Shown here: positions 32,317 to 44,773 of the stretch, piece after piece | How the letters are laid out: each line of letters opens with the position of its first letter | Numbering within the stretch: position 1 is the stretch's first letter | Assembly: GCA_963745835.1 (NCBI GenBank) | Contig: CAVUZH010000003.1 | Span: 800,001 to 864,000, forward strand | DNA length: 64,000 nucleotides | DNA from: an uncultured delta proteobacterium | Lineage (GTDB): Bacteria; Desulfobacterota; Binatia; UBA9968 | Direction: 5' to 3' | Program-made: the position numbers and the translations under genes | The notes under the pieces: model-generated | What the model was told of the DNA's origin: nothing | Seen by the model: only the letters and a program-made list of their open reading frames with translations | Database searches by the model: none

Positions 32317-34303
32317 TTATGGATCCCCATAATCAATTTCGGCAAGCCAGATGACCTCGGGATAATTGGGATGGCCTTGATTGGGAGGCTGGTAGAAGCG
32401 GAGTTTGGAAGTGGTTACGGTGGGAAAGGTGACGGTTGTTGACGGCACATCCTTTCCCGGCCAGGTCATAGTTGCGGCGGTAATGAAGGAAGACCCATTC
32501 CAGTATTGCACCTGCATCTCCTGGGAGGTCATGTAGGAGGTGTCATTGTAGGCCCAGTGGATGGTGGCGCTATTGATCTGCTGGGAAGAAGGAAGAGGGA
32601 TTTCAATCCAATGGGGAGCGGTGCTGCTTTCGGCCGAGGCCCAGGTCGGTTGCTGTCCCTCCGAAAGGTCTGTTACTCGTCGTCAATAGGTGATGTGCTA
32701 TAGCCGGGGAAAGTAGAGTCAACTATTACAGCTAAGGTTGTGGGCGGAGACGCGGGGGAAGCGGTGTGGTAGTTGGGCGCCCGCCATACGGCGATACTCT
32801 TCCCTCCATCTGGCCGAACATGAACAACACACCAGGATAGGTGTACCAGTCCCCACCCCACACGTAGCCAGAACCGGAGGGATTGGCCGGATACGCAGGG
32901 CCGGGAGGCGTGCGCGTGTATGCGGCCTTGATCGCGTTGTCACGGAAGAGCACGTTGCCCTGAATGAACAGGTCTCCGAGTTGCGCTCCTCGCCGTTTAC
33001 GTTATCCACGGGCTGAATGAGGTAATTGATGTTGCCGCAATTTGCGGAATTGTCGGAAGCGATCCAGCCCGGCGGCGCCGGTCGCGCGGTGGTTGACGAA
33101 TCGACGCATGGCGCTGAACAACTTTCAGTAGTGTTTTCGGTCCGAGCGCCCCCGCTTGCGTATTCGCCGCGCTGTTGCCAGGAAACACGAATCCCGACGA
33201 GGTAGAAAAATTATAAAGCGACAGATCGCCGTGGCGTGCGAAAATGTCGGCGGTCGTGGTCATCGCGCCAATAGCGAATGCGGCGTAACCGTAACTGGCA
33301 TTCGGCGCGAACGGCTCATAGCGCTTGTACTCGTTGACGGTGAAGTTCGGGAAAACCGCGTAGGTCATCCACTCCTTGAACCACATTTGCGCCCAGCGCT
33401 TGGTCTGCGCGTCCTTCGGCAACGTTCCATTCAGGTGGGACGTGATCGCAGCGAGTCGGATCATCGTTCCGGAGCGGTTGTTCCAAGTCTCGTGATCGGC
33501 GCTGCCGAAAGGACCGGGCTGTTTCGCCGGGCAGTCGTAATAAAGCGCATTACCGCCACCCGGACCGTCTCCAACTATGCCGCTGTCAGCGTACTTGCCG
33601 CTGAGGTTGATGGTCGAATCGTACTCTGTGTTGCGCTGCGTAAAGCCGGAGTTGCGGACGATGAAATCGACGTTCCGCGCCCAATAGTGACCAGCGTCAG
33701 AAAACCAAGTGTCGATTGCCAACCTATCAGCCGCCGAAAAAACGGTGCTGCTCCGCACGTAGCTGTAGGCATATGCCAAGCGCGTCAGCCAGTTGGCGAT
33801 GGCGACGCATTACCGTCGCCGACCGAATCATTGGCAGGCCACTTGGTTGTGTTGTTCCAGTTGGTTCCGGCACGCGCAATTTGATTGAGCAATGCCGTTC
33901 GGATCTGCGAAGTGTAGTTGTGATTGGCGGGGTCGACCAAAGTCGCAAACGCCCCATGCAAAATCTTAAAGCCGACGTTGTGCCACGGAAAGCATTCGCC
34001 ATTGTGCTGGTTTGGCCGGTGCAGCGCATGTCCAGGTACCATGGCGTATTGTTCGTGTTCCCGTCCCAATTGTCCACGCTCGATTGCTGGCAAAGGTCTT
34101 AGCGTTAGCCACAATGGTCGTCCAGTCCCCCGGTGAATTGGTTGAAACATCGCCTCCAACTCGGTACGGGCCGCTCTGTCGCCAGATGTTCAATTCTTGC
34201 GTGACGTGTAAACCCAGCCTGGTTTGAGCTAGCTCAGGGGGACAAAACTTACATAGGCTCCTAGAACCGTTAGGCAAACGTAGAGTATGGATTTAAAATT
34301 CAT
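32317..34303 (-). CDS. Secreted protein with a putative alginate-lyase-like (alpha/alpha) domain and a C-terminal discoidin/F5-8-like domain; several frameshifts
   Basis: GAGAGG RBS and ATG at 34303 give a signal-peptide-like start (MNFKSILYVCLTVLGAYVSFVPLS..AQ). Fragments join through ORFs 33966, 33785, 32997, 32732, 32673 and 32317 (WNNR, WFKEW, HWIEI...SKLRFYQ...LAEI). Confidence 0.65.
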
Positions 34304-34531
34304 TTATCGTCCTCTCGTGCGTCTCTTACGCGAACACTTAAACGTGACTCACTTCCGAATACGTGGCAATCACTGATGTGCATGACCCAAGGAAAGCGTT
34401 TCTTTCTCGTAAGCGCATACGTGGAAAGCGGCCGTGATCGTGCAATGTTGAACGAGACTTGCCAAAAGTGCAGTCTTGCGGATTTCTCGATCGTTGAATA
34501 TTCTTGCCGTTTTAAATGGGAACACGACAAA

Positions 34532-34548
34532 CGCAAATCATGCGCCAG
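34532..34548 (-). promoter_or_regulatory. Sigma-54 (-24/-12) promoter motif
   Basis: The minus strand reads CTGGCGCATGATTTGCG (TGGC-N7-TTGC, exact GG-N10-GC spacing), about 230 nt upstream of the minus-strand gene. Confidence 0.65.
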
Positions 34549-34646
34549 CTCCAGTATGCTTGATGATTTCACAACTGTATTTACCTGATGTGATCAGTTG
34601 TCCGATAACCGCCAATATATATTGATGTTTCTGGAGTGACTCAATA

Positions 34647-36153
34647 GTGGAAGGAAACCTATTCTTCAAGACGATCCAAAGCTTAAAGTGGAGCTATGCG
34701 GGACGATCGGACAAATAGTCCTTCAGGTCTGCACAACGGTTGTAATGTCTCGGCTTCTGCCTCCAGCAGCATTTGGTGTAGCCGCAATGGCCTCGGTATT
34801 TTTGCAGTTGATAACGCACTTCTCTCACATGGGAATTGGGCAGGCGCTCATACAAAAGAAGGATCTTACCACGTTCGGACGTACGCTGTGCGTTCACCCT
34901 TACCGCTGGTATCGGAATTCTTTGCACGGGATTAGCCTGGATAATCGCTCCTTTTGCGCGGCACCTGCTCGACACCCCTGAAATTGTACCGGTTGTCCGG
35001 GCGCTCGCTATTTCTTTCTTGCTGACGAATCTCTCTCTGACCAGTGTAAGCCTATTGCGTCGACGGCTGGAGTTTGGGCTGGCGGCTATCGTGGAAACAG
35101 CTTCGTATGCCATTGGCGCCGGATTGCTGGGCGTAGTCCTCGCCTGGATGAATTGGGGTGTCTGGGCAATTGTGCTTTCGACAGTGGCGCAGTCGAGTTT
35201 AATCGCGATTATCTCCTACGCCTTCGTTCGGCACGACCTTCGGCCTTGTTGGAACGCCTCGAGCCACCGCCATTTTCTGAGTTATGGAGGACGGCTTTCT
35301 GGGATTGGATTTCTCGATTATATTGCGGGTTCGGCCGATCTTTTCGTGGTCGGGAGGTTTTTAGGCGACGTTGCGGCCGGGATATACTCCCGCTCGACAC
35401 TTCTGGTTACCCTACCCGTCTACCATCTTGGCTTCTCTCTGAATCGGGTTCTGTTTCCCGTCCTTTCTCAGGTGCAGGATCAGTCCGAGCGAAGAAATAG
35501 GGCCTACCTCACGGCGACAACGGCTCTCAGCATCCTGCTCTTTCCATCGCCGCGGGGATCACCATCGCGGCGCCTCAATTGATCGGAATCATGCTCGGAT
35601 CCCAGTGGACTGACGGTATCAGCCTTCTTCAGGTGTATGCATGGGTACTACCGCTCGGCATGATTGCTTCCCAAGCAGGAATTGTGTTGGATGCTCAGGC
35701 ATTGCTTTATGGTAAGTTCCGAGCCCGCTGCCTGCAATTAGTATCATTGGGTCTCTTTCTTGCCGCAGGCGCAAACTGGGGTGTGGTGGGAATTGCTTTC
35801 GCTGCCCTACATGGGCGCGTGACTGAGTGGTATCTCTACAACCGGGAGTTGAAACTGGCTCAGGTAATGGAGTGGCGGCAGGCCTTGAGACCCATAGCGT
35901 GGGGTTTGGGGTATGCGGTTGCAGTGGCTCTTGCCATGCTCCCGGTCGCACTTCTTGATGCGGCGTTGCCAGCCGTTGTGCTCCTTCTAGCCGAGATAGC
36001 GATGGCGGGGTGCTTGCTTCTTTCTCTTAGGTGCTTCTCCCTCCACCTTATCTGTCCGGCTATTTATTGACGATCTTGGAGCGGCGATTGACCAAACAGC
36101 CTAGCTGGATTCTGGAAGGATGGCGGAAAAGGCTTGTCGCAGCCGTAGGGTGA
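34647..36153 (+). CDS. wzx: Wzx flippase (WzxC-like, PST family), frameshifted
   Basis: KTIQSLKWSY, SRLLPPAAFG, GIGQALIQKK, LLRRRLEF, GVWAIV, AAGIYS and LFPVLS across four frames. Confidence 0.88.
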
Positions 36154-36398
36154 TCGATCTATCCGCGTTTTATCTTTATGAGGCTGATGCATAGAGCGGG
36201 GATCAGCCCAACGGGCTTGGAACGAGTCTTTTGAGAGGATTTCCGCCGACAGCTTTTGAAAGGACAATCGGAGTCTGCGTCTTCGGTTGCTGTTCTATGC
36301 TCTTGGCTTCGTTCTGGCTGGTTGCTTGTCCTAAAATAGTCTACCGACTTTGTCCCTGAAAATGGGCTAGGAACTCGAAACAAGAGATTATCGGCGTT

Positions 36399-37130
36399 AT
36401 GAACGTAGATCATTTGAAGGAGCTACAGATCGAGCACGCGGATCAAGACTTCAAGCTGGTCCAGCCCGGTACGTTTGAAGGTGGCCTTTATCACGACTAC
36501 TTCCGCGAAATTCCTTTTCTCAGAGCTAGAGCGCTTTTGAAACGAGCAGGAGTGGATCTCACTGGTAAACGAGTCTTGATAGCAAGTTGTGGCACGGGAA
36601 TCGATGTTTACTATTTGAAGAAGTATTTCGACTCTGTATTTGTCGTTGCCGATATTTCAGAACATGCTGTCGCAATCGCTAAGGCAAGTTTCCCAGGAAT
36701 CGAGGGGCGAGTGGAAGACGGGGAAAAACTCAGCTTCCCGGACGATTCGTTTGACTTCAGCTTTATAGCGGCTTCGTTGCATCATTTGCCTCGACCTATT
36801 CTGGGTCTTTATGAACTGATGCGAGTTTCTAAGGAAGGCGTGATCGTCATTGAGCCTAATGACAGTTGGCCGGTTCGAATCGCTACTGCTTTGGGATTAG
36901 CGACAGAAGTCGAGGAAAGCGGCAATTATGTGTATCGTCTGAGCAAGCATGACGTAGCACGGATCGCCAAGTCCCTATTTGTGAGATTTGAAGTGGATCG
37001 GTTCTTTGCGATTCATCGGATTGCCAAGACAAAAGTGGAATTCTTTGTGCTGAAGACGTTGAATGGATTAGCCAATTGGATCGTTCCAAGTCTTGGGAAC
37101 TACATCGTGTTTGTTATCTCTAAACAATGA
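36399..37130 (+). CDS. Class I SAM-dependent methyltransferase
   Basis: IASCGTG, DISE, DGEKLSFPDDSFD, SLHHL and IEPN motifs. Confidence 0.88.
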   Translation: MNVDHLKELQIEHADQDFKLVQPGTFEGGLYHDYFREIPFLRARALLKRAGVDLTGKRVLIASCGTGIDVYYLKKYFDSVFVVADISEHAVAIAKASFPGIEGRVEDGEKLSFPDDSFDFSFIAASLHHLPRPILGLYELMRVSKEGVIVIEPNDSWPVRIATALGLATEVEESGNYVYRLSKHDVARIAKSLFVRFEVDRFFAIHRIAKTKVEFFVLKTLNGLANWIVPSLGNYIVFVISKQ

Positions 37131-37230
37131 TCCTCCCTGCCTAAGCGGACCTCAGAATGCACATTAAGCAGAAGGGAATTAGTATTCTCCACAGTACCGC
37201 AGTGATCACGAATCATACAGAACGAGCAGC

Positions 37231-38165
37231 TTGCCTGAGGTGCCAAAATCCGTGAACCATTCCGGTGATCAATCTCACGGTACAGTGCGCCGAACCAAAA
37301 TCGTGAGCGTGCTTACGTGCTTTAACCGTAAGGCTCTGACGATATCGTGCCTAGGTGCGCTACAGGCGGCGGCGCGATACGCGCACGTCGAATTGAGACG
37401 ATCGTGGTTGACGATGCCAGTACCGACGGTACGGCGGCCGCGATTCGAAGCCATTATCCAGGGGTCGAGGTGATTGACGGCTCGGGAGCACTGTTCTGGA
37501 ACCGTGGTATGTACGTCGGTTTCGGAGTGGCGCTGCAGCGGCCCGCCGACTACTATCTGTGGCTGAACGACGATACCGAATTAGTCCCTGACGCGCTGCA
37601 ATTCGCTGCTGCGACAGTCGGAGCAACTGCGGAAAGAGCGAGGGCACTGCCGTTATTCTTGTCGGCGCTACGGCTGAGCGCAGCAGCGGTCGGGTTACCT
37701 ATGGCGGACGCGTAAGACGCAGCCGTTGGCGTCGATTCAATTTCGAGCTCGTCTGGGACGAAAAGCACGCGGTTCCATGTGAAGCGATCGAGGGGAACTG
37801 CGTTCTCATTCCGCGCGAGGTCGCTCAGCACGTCGGCAATCTGGATCCGACCTTCGAACATGCGATGGGCGACACCGACTATGGGCTGCGCGCGCTGCGC
37901 GCCGGCTTCAGATCTTTCGTCGGCTGCAGGCATTGTTGGTTACTGTTCGGACAATTCGACTGCCGGAACGTATCATGATGATTCGCTATCGTTACGCAAA
38001 AGATGGCAGCTGCTGCTTAGTCGCAAAGGCTTGCCAATGCGCTCATGGCTGCACTTCACACGGCGGCACGGTGGACTGCTGTGGCCGTTGTATTTCTCAT
38101 GGCCGTACGTCCGCTTGATCTCGTCCGCAGCTACGCAACATCCGCTCTCGTCGTGCGTCTTGTGA
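37231..38165 (+). CDS. GT2 glycosyltransferase (rhamnosyl/galactofuranosyl-transferase-like), frameshifted
   Basis: LTCFNRK, VVDDASTDGT, LFWNRGM, LWLNDDT, GNCVLIP and DTDYGLR across frames. Confidence 0.85.
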
Positions 38166-38215
38166 TCGGCACGAAAAAGTAACGCCCAGTACGGCGACAT
38201 CCTAAAGGACATTCT

Positions 38216-40139
38216 ATGTGCGGTATATTCGGCTACATCGGCAATCTCGAGCGCATCACGGCAGAGCGCTGCCTGAACACTCTCACTCACCGTGGCCCTG
38301 ACGGCTGGGGATTGTGGAGTGACGAGGGTGTCACGCTCGGTCACCGGCGGTTGGCGATTCTCGATCTCTCGGAGAACGGCCATCAGCCGATGAGCTTCGG
38401 AGGGGGTCGCTACTGGATCACCTTCAACGGCGAGGTCTACAACTTCTTGGAGATCCGCACCGAGCTTGAGGCCAAGGGGCACGTCTTTCGCACCGAATCA
38501 GATACCGAGGTGATCCTCGCAGCTTACAGCGAATGGGGCGAGTCCTGCCAGTTACGCTTCAACGGAATGTGGGCCTTCGCGATATGGGATACCGTCGAGC
38601 GGCGTCTGTTCCTATCACGCGATCGCTTCGGCAAGAAGCCATTGTTCTACACCGAGCTTCCGAATGGCGATTTTGCGTTCGCGTCGGAGATGAAGGCGCT
38701 GTTGCCCCTACTGCCCAGGGTAGAGGCCGATCAGCATCTCATTAAACGAATGACGGTGCGGTCGTCGTTTGCCTACGAAGCAACGGAGCGATGCTTGATC
38801 AAGGGAATCAAGCGCTTCCTCGCCGGCCATTGCGGATTGGTAAAGAACGGGCGCCTGGAGGCGCACCGTTGGTGGAACACCCTCGATCACTTGCCCAGTG
38901 TTCCCGATTCCTACGACGAGCAGGTCGAAGTCATGCGCGAATTGTTGCTTGACGCGTGCCGGCTGCGAATGCGCAGCGATGTGACGATTGGCACCGCACT
39001 GTCGGGTGGACTCGATTCAAGTTCGGTGCTGTCGGCGCTTGCGCATATCAACGGCACGCGCGGGGGCGAAGCAAGGCTTTCGAATGACTGGCAGCATGCG
39101 TTCGTCGCCTCGTTTCCCGGTACGCCGCTCGATGAGGTGCGGTTTGCTCAACGTATGGCCGAACACGTCGGCATCAACGCCGAAATCCTGCCGATCGACC
39201 CCACTCGTTATATCGGCGAGCTCCAGCGACATGTTGTACCTCTACGAGGATATCACGATCACCAGCCCGATTCCGTTCATGTCCCTGTACGGTCGGATCA
39301 AGCAATCAGGTGTAACCGTGACAATCGATGGCCATGGCGCGGATGAGCTTTTTGGCGGCTACGAAACCGATTGGGCATACGCGTTGCTCGATGCCGGTAC
39401 CGACCTACGGCAAATCAATCAGGTGCTCGACATCTACGAGCATGACATACCAGAGGATTCGCAGCAGTTTCGTAAGGCGGGTAACCGTTTCATCAGCTAT
39501 GCGAAGCGCATGGGTATTACCCTCGCGAAGCACGCGCTGAATATGCACAGCAACCTCGGCCCAGTGTACTCCGAGCATCCGCGCTGGAAGCAGCTCGATC
39601 ATCTAACTCGAGTGCTCTTCTGGCAGACGCACTCGTTCGTATTGCCCACAATCCTGCGCAGCTACGACCGTTACGGTATGGCCAATTCCATCGAGATTCG
39701 CATGCCGTTCCTCGACTGGCGGGTCGCGACCTTCGCATTCGCACTGCCATGGAAGTCAAAAATCCGCCGCGGCTACTCGAAAGCGATCATCCGCGACGCA
39801 ATGGCACCCTACATGCCGCATGACATTGCGTACCGGCGCAACAAAATCGGTTTCAGCTCGCCGATCGTCGACTGGATGCGCGGGCCTTTACGAAGCTTCT
39901 TTCTCGACACACTCAATTCGCAAGGATTCAAGCAATGTGGCCTGGTGGATCCGCTGCGAGCCTCCAAGCTTGTCCATCACGTCATGAACGAATCGAATGC
40001 TACATTCAGATCGGGGCAGAAAGCTTGGTGGAGCGTTCTCCCGTACCTGTGGTCCGAGGCGCTTCTGCGCCCGAGCACAGAATTGGTCCCATCGCTCGGA
40101 CATCATTTGATAAAACGAGGCATGTGGGTCGGCCCATGA
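38216..40139 (+). CDS. asnB: AsnB-family amidotransferase #2, frameshift near 39230
   Basis: MCGIFG, HRGPD, GHRRLAILD and LSGGLDSS, continuing as DGHGADELFGGY...EIRMPFLD...KIGF in ORF 38988..40139. Confidence 0.92.
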
Positions 40140-40246
40140 AAAGCTGGGGAGGAAGGAAACTAATCCTTCATCGGCATACTCGAGTGCGGTCGTGAACTGG
40201 GAGACATAAAGGACATCTTCCCTTTCGTCGAACTTGTACGTGCATC

Positions 40247-41454
40247 ATGAGAATATTACTCATCCATAACTACTATCAGGAGGCTGGGGGGAAAGCGGCG
40301 TTTTTGAAAACCTTCTTCGCCTTCTGCAGCAAGTTGACCAGGAAGTACATGTTTACTCGCGCCATAATTCAGAGATTGACCGGTTAAATCGCCAACAGAA
40401 ATTGTTGATGGGGACGGGCGCTTTTTTCTCTCCTGGAACTTGGGCCGATGTCAAGGCGATCGTGCGAGAAAAGCGGCCCGCGGTCGCGTTGGTGCAGAAC
40501 GTATTACCCTTGATCTCGCCGTCGGTTTATTACGCGCTCCGCTCCGCAGGTATTCCGATCGTACAACTGGTCTATAACTATCGTTTCGTCTGCCCCGACG
40601 CGCAGTTGTTTTCCTAGGGCGAGGTTTGCGAAAGATGTGTTTTCGGAAATCACTGGCACGCTGTCGCAAGAAAATGTTATCGGGATAGCCGCGCTCTGAG
40701 CGCGTGGTATGCGGCCATTTTGAAGTTACACCGCGCGACCGGGACATTCGCTCGCAACATCGATCGGTTTATCATTCCCGATGATTTTTTGGGGACGCGA
40801 TTGATCAAGGGCGGCATTCCGGCGGAGAAGATAAGGAAGAACGTCAATCCGTTTTTCGTCGAGGACTATCAGCCGTGTTACGAGCCGGGTGAGTATATCT
40901 TGTACGTTGGTCGGCTCGTGCGACAAAAAGGTGTTTTCACCCTCGTTCGCGCGATGTCACATTTACCAACGGACGGCGCGCCGCTGTACATTGTCGGCGA
41001 CGGCGAGTCGCGTGCAGAGCTGGAAACCCTGATCAGCGATCTCAACTTGCATGATCGGGTGAAGCTTCTCGGACCCCGCTGGGGTGAAGATTTGCGGAGA
41101 TTGATGAAGAATAGTCGGTTTCTTGTCATACCATCGGAATGGTATGACAACCTCCCTTTGATTCTTTGCCAGGCTTACGCCATGGCGAAACCAGTTGTTG
41201 CCTCCGCGATCAATGGCATTCCGGAGTATGTGGACGACGGCGTCGATGGGCTCTTGTTCGAGCCTGGGAATGCCGAACAACTGAGTCATTGTATTGGACG
41301 CTTGAGCTCCGATACGCCTTTGGTCTCCGCGATGGCGAAGAAGGCTCGACGGAAGGCGGAAGAAGTATTTGATTATCGAGCGTATTGGCGGACTTTGGAG
41401 CCTGTTCTCGAAGAGCTGATTTCCCACCAGCGTGCTGGCCAGTCTAACGATTGA
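40247..41454 (+). CDS. GT4 glycosyltransferase with a Cys-rich insert; frameshift plus an in-frame TAG at 40615
   Basis: MRILLIHNYYQEAGG, NYRFVCP...VCERC...KCYRDS, YVGRL..KG and PSEWYDNLP...DGLLFEPG. Confidence 0.88.
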
Positions 41455-41606
41455 TCTCAGCTTGCGTGACCAGTCGAACGCGGATGTCGCGCTGTCAGAG
41501 CGTCGCCAGCTAAGCGATATTTCATTGGCTCTGAATGACTTGAGGAGGGTACAATTGGGGAGTGTACCGGCTTCGCAGGTCTCGACCCGGTAGCAAGGAA
41601 TAAGAT

Positions 41607-42603
41607 TTGGAAAATTGTCTAAACGGCGAATTTGCCGGCAAGAGAGTGCTCATAACTGGGGGATTCGGCTTCATCGGCTCCAATCTGGCGCGCACTCTCT
41701 GTGATCTGGGCGCCCGGGTAACTGTAATCGATTCCTTGATACCCGAATATGGCGGCAATGCTTTCAACCTTGCAAACTATGAAGAGCGGGTTCGAACGAA
41801 TATATCCGACGTGCGTGATCCGCACGGAATAAAATACCTGATTCGAGACCAAGACTACTTATTCAATCTTGCAGGACAGGTGAGCCATACCGACAGCATG
41901 GTCAATCCCTATACTGATCTCGACGTGAATGTCCATGCGCAAGTATTCATCCTGGAGGCAATTCGACAATATAATCCGAAGCTGCGCATCGTTTTTTCCT
42001 CCACTCGCCAGATTTATGGCCGTCCGAAGTACCTTCCAGTTGATGAAGCGCACCCGATCACGCCGGTAGACGTCAACGGAATTAATAAAGTGGCGGGCGA
42101 ATCGTATCATCTGCTTTACGGCAAACTCTACGGTCTAGAGGTCACGTCTCTACGATTAACGAACACTTACGGTCCTCGCATGCGTGTTAAAGATGCACGA
42201 CAAACTTTTTTAGGTTGGTGGATCCGTCAGCTGATCGAGGGCAGGGAAGTTCAGATCTTCGGCACCGGCGAGCAACTGCGCGACTTGAACTTCGTCGATG
42301 ACGTTATCAACGCCATGCTCCACGCGGCGATCAATCCAAAGGCGGTGGACCAGGTTTATAACCTCGGTGATGAGCCCATCTCACTGTTAGAGTTGGCCAA
42401 ACTCATGATCGAGTGTAACGGTACCGGATCATTTAGCATGGTCGCCGTTTCCGGACGACCGTAAGGCCATAGACATCGGGCACTATTATGGGTCTTTCGA
42501 CAAGATCAAAGCGGATCTTGGATGGGAGCCGCAAGTCTCTCTGCGCGTAGGCTTAGAGCGAACAATCAACTACTACAAGGAGAACTTGTGCCATTATGTT
42601 TAA
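41607..42603 (+). CDS. NAD-dependent epimerase/dehydratase, frameshift near 42445
   Basis: [29 protein letters not shown] and RLTNTYGP; the C-terminus (IDIGHYYG...LGWEP) is in another frame. Confidence 0.9.
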
Positions 42604-42613
42604 GGCGGCAGAT

Positions 42614-43733
42614 ATGATCACTCAAACAGATCCGAGAGCCGAGTACCTGGCGTATCAAAATGAAATAAACCAGGCGATCCAAGCCGTACTGAACAGCGGA
42701 AGATACATTCTCGGACCGGAAGTTCAGGCCTTCGAACGAGAGTTCGCGGACTTTATCGGGACGCGTTTTGGCATCGGAGCGGCGTCCGGCACTGACGCCC
42801 TCTATCTCGCCCTCAAGGCAACGGGGATCGGCCCAGGCGACGAAGTGCTTACGGTACCCCACACGGCGGTGGCCACGGTCGCCGCCATCGAGATGTGCGG
42901 GGCGACTCCGGTGTTGGTCGACATTGATGAGAGTACTTACACCATAGATCCTAAGCAGCTCGAGGCTGCCGTCTCTCCCCGCGCTAGAGTGCTGCTACCC
43001 GTCCACCTGTACGGACATCCCGCAGACATGGCTCCGATCTTAGACATAGCTCGCCGGCACGCCCTGCGAGTCGTGGAGGATTGTGCTCAGGCACACGGTG
43101 CGAGTTATAGCGACAAGCAGGTGGGTGGTATCGGGGACATATCGGCCTTTAGTTTCTACCCCACAAAAAACCTAGGAGCCATCGGAGACGGCGGGCTGGT
43201 GGCAACGAATGATCCTGATTTGGCCGAAAAGGTAAAATTACTTAGACAGTACGGTTGGCACGAAAGATATGTCAGCCAAGTTACAGGCTGGAACTCGCGG
43301 TTGGATGAGCTTCAGGCGGCGATTTTGCGTGTGAAGCTGCGCCATCTCGCCGAAGGCAATCGGCGCCGCCGCGCAATTGGCTGAGCTCTACAATGAAGGG
43401 TTGCGCAATCTGCCGGTGATTATTCCCACACATAAAAGCGGAAACGAACATGTTTATCATCAATACGTGATTCGCCACTCGCAACGGGACGAGATGCAAG
43501 CGTTTTTGAGCGCACGTAAAATCGTCACGCTCATCCATTATCCAGCTCCAATTCACCTTCAACCTGCATACAGGGGAAGGCTCGGCGATTCAGGCAGCTT
43601 TCCAGTGTCAGAACAAGCCGCGCGCGAGGTTTTATCTCTCCCGCTTTATCCTGAGTTGAGCGATGCGCAGGTAAATACAGTGGTGCAGGCGATTGCCGAT
43701 TTTTTCAACAGGCGAGCTGTTGACGTTCTGTAA
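42614..43733 (+). CDS. DegT/DnrJ/EryC1/StrS sugar aminotransferase, frameshift near 43375
   Basis: [29 protein letters not shown] (PLP Lys), [14 protein letters not shown] and LSLPLYP. Confidence 0.93.
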
Positions 43734-43774
43734 CTAGCTTGTTGCGAAGATAAACGCCAGATTCAGCAAATCCT

Positions 43775-44773
43775 ATGAATCGCATTATCATTACTGGAGG
43801 TGCAGGGTTTATTGGATCGCACTTGATACTTCGGTGGGTCAAAAACCATCCCAATATAGAAGTGATGAACGTTGACAAACTCGGCTATGCGTCTAATCTC
43901 GCGTTTTTGGAACCGGCGCGAAGTCATTCAAATTATTACTTCGAAAAAATCGATCTCAGTGAGAGAAACCGAGTTCGGGACTTTATTCAAAGCTTTAAGC
44001 CGGATGGAGTCATTCATCTTGCTGCGGAGTCTCACGTAGACAATTCGATCTTGGATCCGGAACCGTTCGTGATGAGTAATATCATCGGCACGTTCAATCT
44101 TCTGGAGGAATGTCGCCAATACTGGCATAAAGCTGGATTATTGGAGGCAGCTCGTTTCCACCATGTGTCTACTGACGAGGTTTACGGCACACTTATAAAT
44201 GGTGGCTCATTTACCGAAGCGACGCCTTATCAGCCGAACTCACCTTACTCGGCATCCAAAGCGGCGAGCGACCATCTCGTAAGATCGTATCATCATACAT
44301 TTGGAATGAATATCGTGATCACAAATTCAACGAACAATTTCGGCCCGCACCAGCACGACGAAAAGTTGATACCGACTGTCGTTCGATCGGCACTCAAACA
44401 TAAACCGATTCCCGTCTACGGAAATGGGGAGAATATTCGAGATTGGATTTTTGTCGGCGATCATTGCGAGGCAATTGAAGTGGTATTCGCAACCGGCGAA
44501 CCTGGCAAAAGTTACAATATCGGTGCAAAAAATGAGTGGAAGAATATCGACCTAGTTGGACAAATCTGCGCAATGCTAAATGAGCTTGTGGGTGAAGGAC
44601 CGAGCGGTGATTATAAAAATTTGGTTTGTTTTGTAAAAGATCGGCTGGGGCACGATTGGCACTATGCGATTGATCCGTCAAAACTCGAGCGCGAATTAAA
44701 TTGGGCGCCGGTATATACATTTGAAGAATCGCTAAGACATACTGTGAAATGGTATGTGGAGAGATATCTATGA
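43775..44773 (+). CDS. rmlB: dTDP-glucose 4,6-dehydratase
   Basis: [37 protein letters not shown] and RDWIFV. Confidence 0.96.
   Translation: MNRIIITGGAGFIGSHLILRWVKNHPNIEVMNVDKLGYASNLAFLEPARSHSNYYFEKIDLSERNRVRDFIQSFKPDGVIHLAAESHVDNSILDPEPFVMSNIIGTFNLLEECRQYWHKAGLLEAARFHHVSTDEVYGTLINGGSFTEATPYQPNSPYSASKAASDHLVRSYHHTFGMNIVITNSTNNFGPHQHDEKLIPTVVRSALKHKPIPVYGNGENIRDWIFVGDHCEAIEVVFATGEPGKSYNIGAKNEWKNIDLVGQICAMLNELVGEGPSGDYKNLVCFVKDRLGHDWHYAIDPSKLERELNWAPVYTFEESLRHTVKWYVERYL

Noticed and set aside
40615-40617. In-frame TAG inside a GT4 gene as possible stop-codon recoding
   Set aside because: It is a single instance, TAG terminates other genes here normally (e.g. 5425, 14637), and the sequence is error-rich. 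A CAG-to-TAG error or point mutation is simpler.
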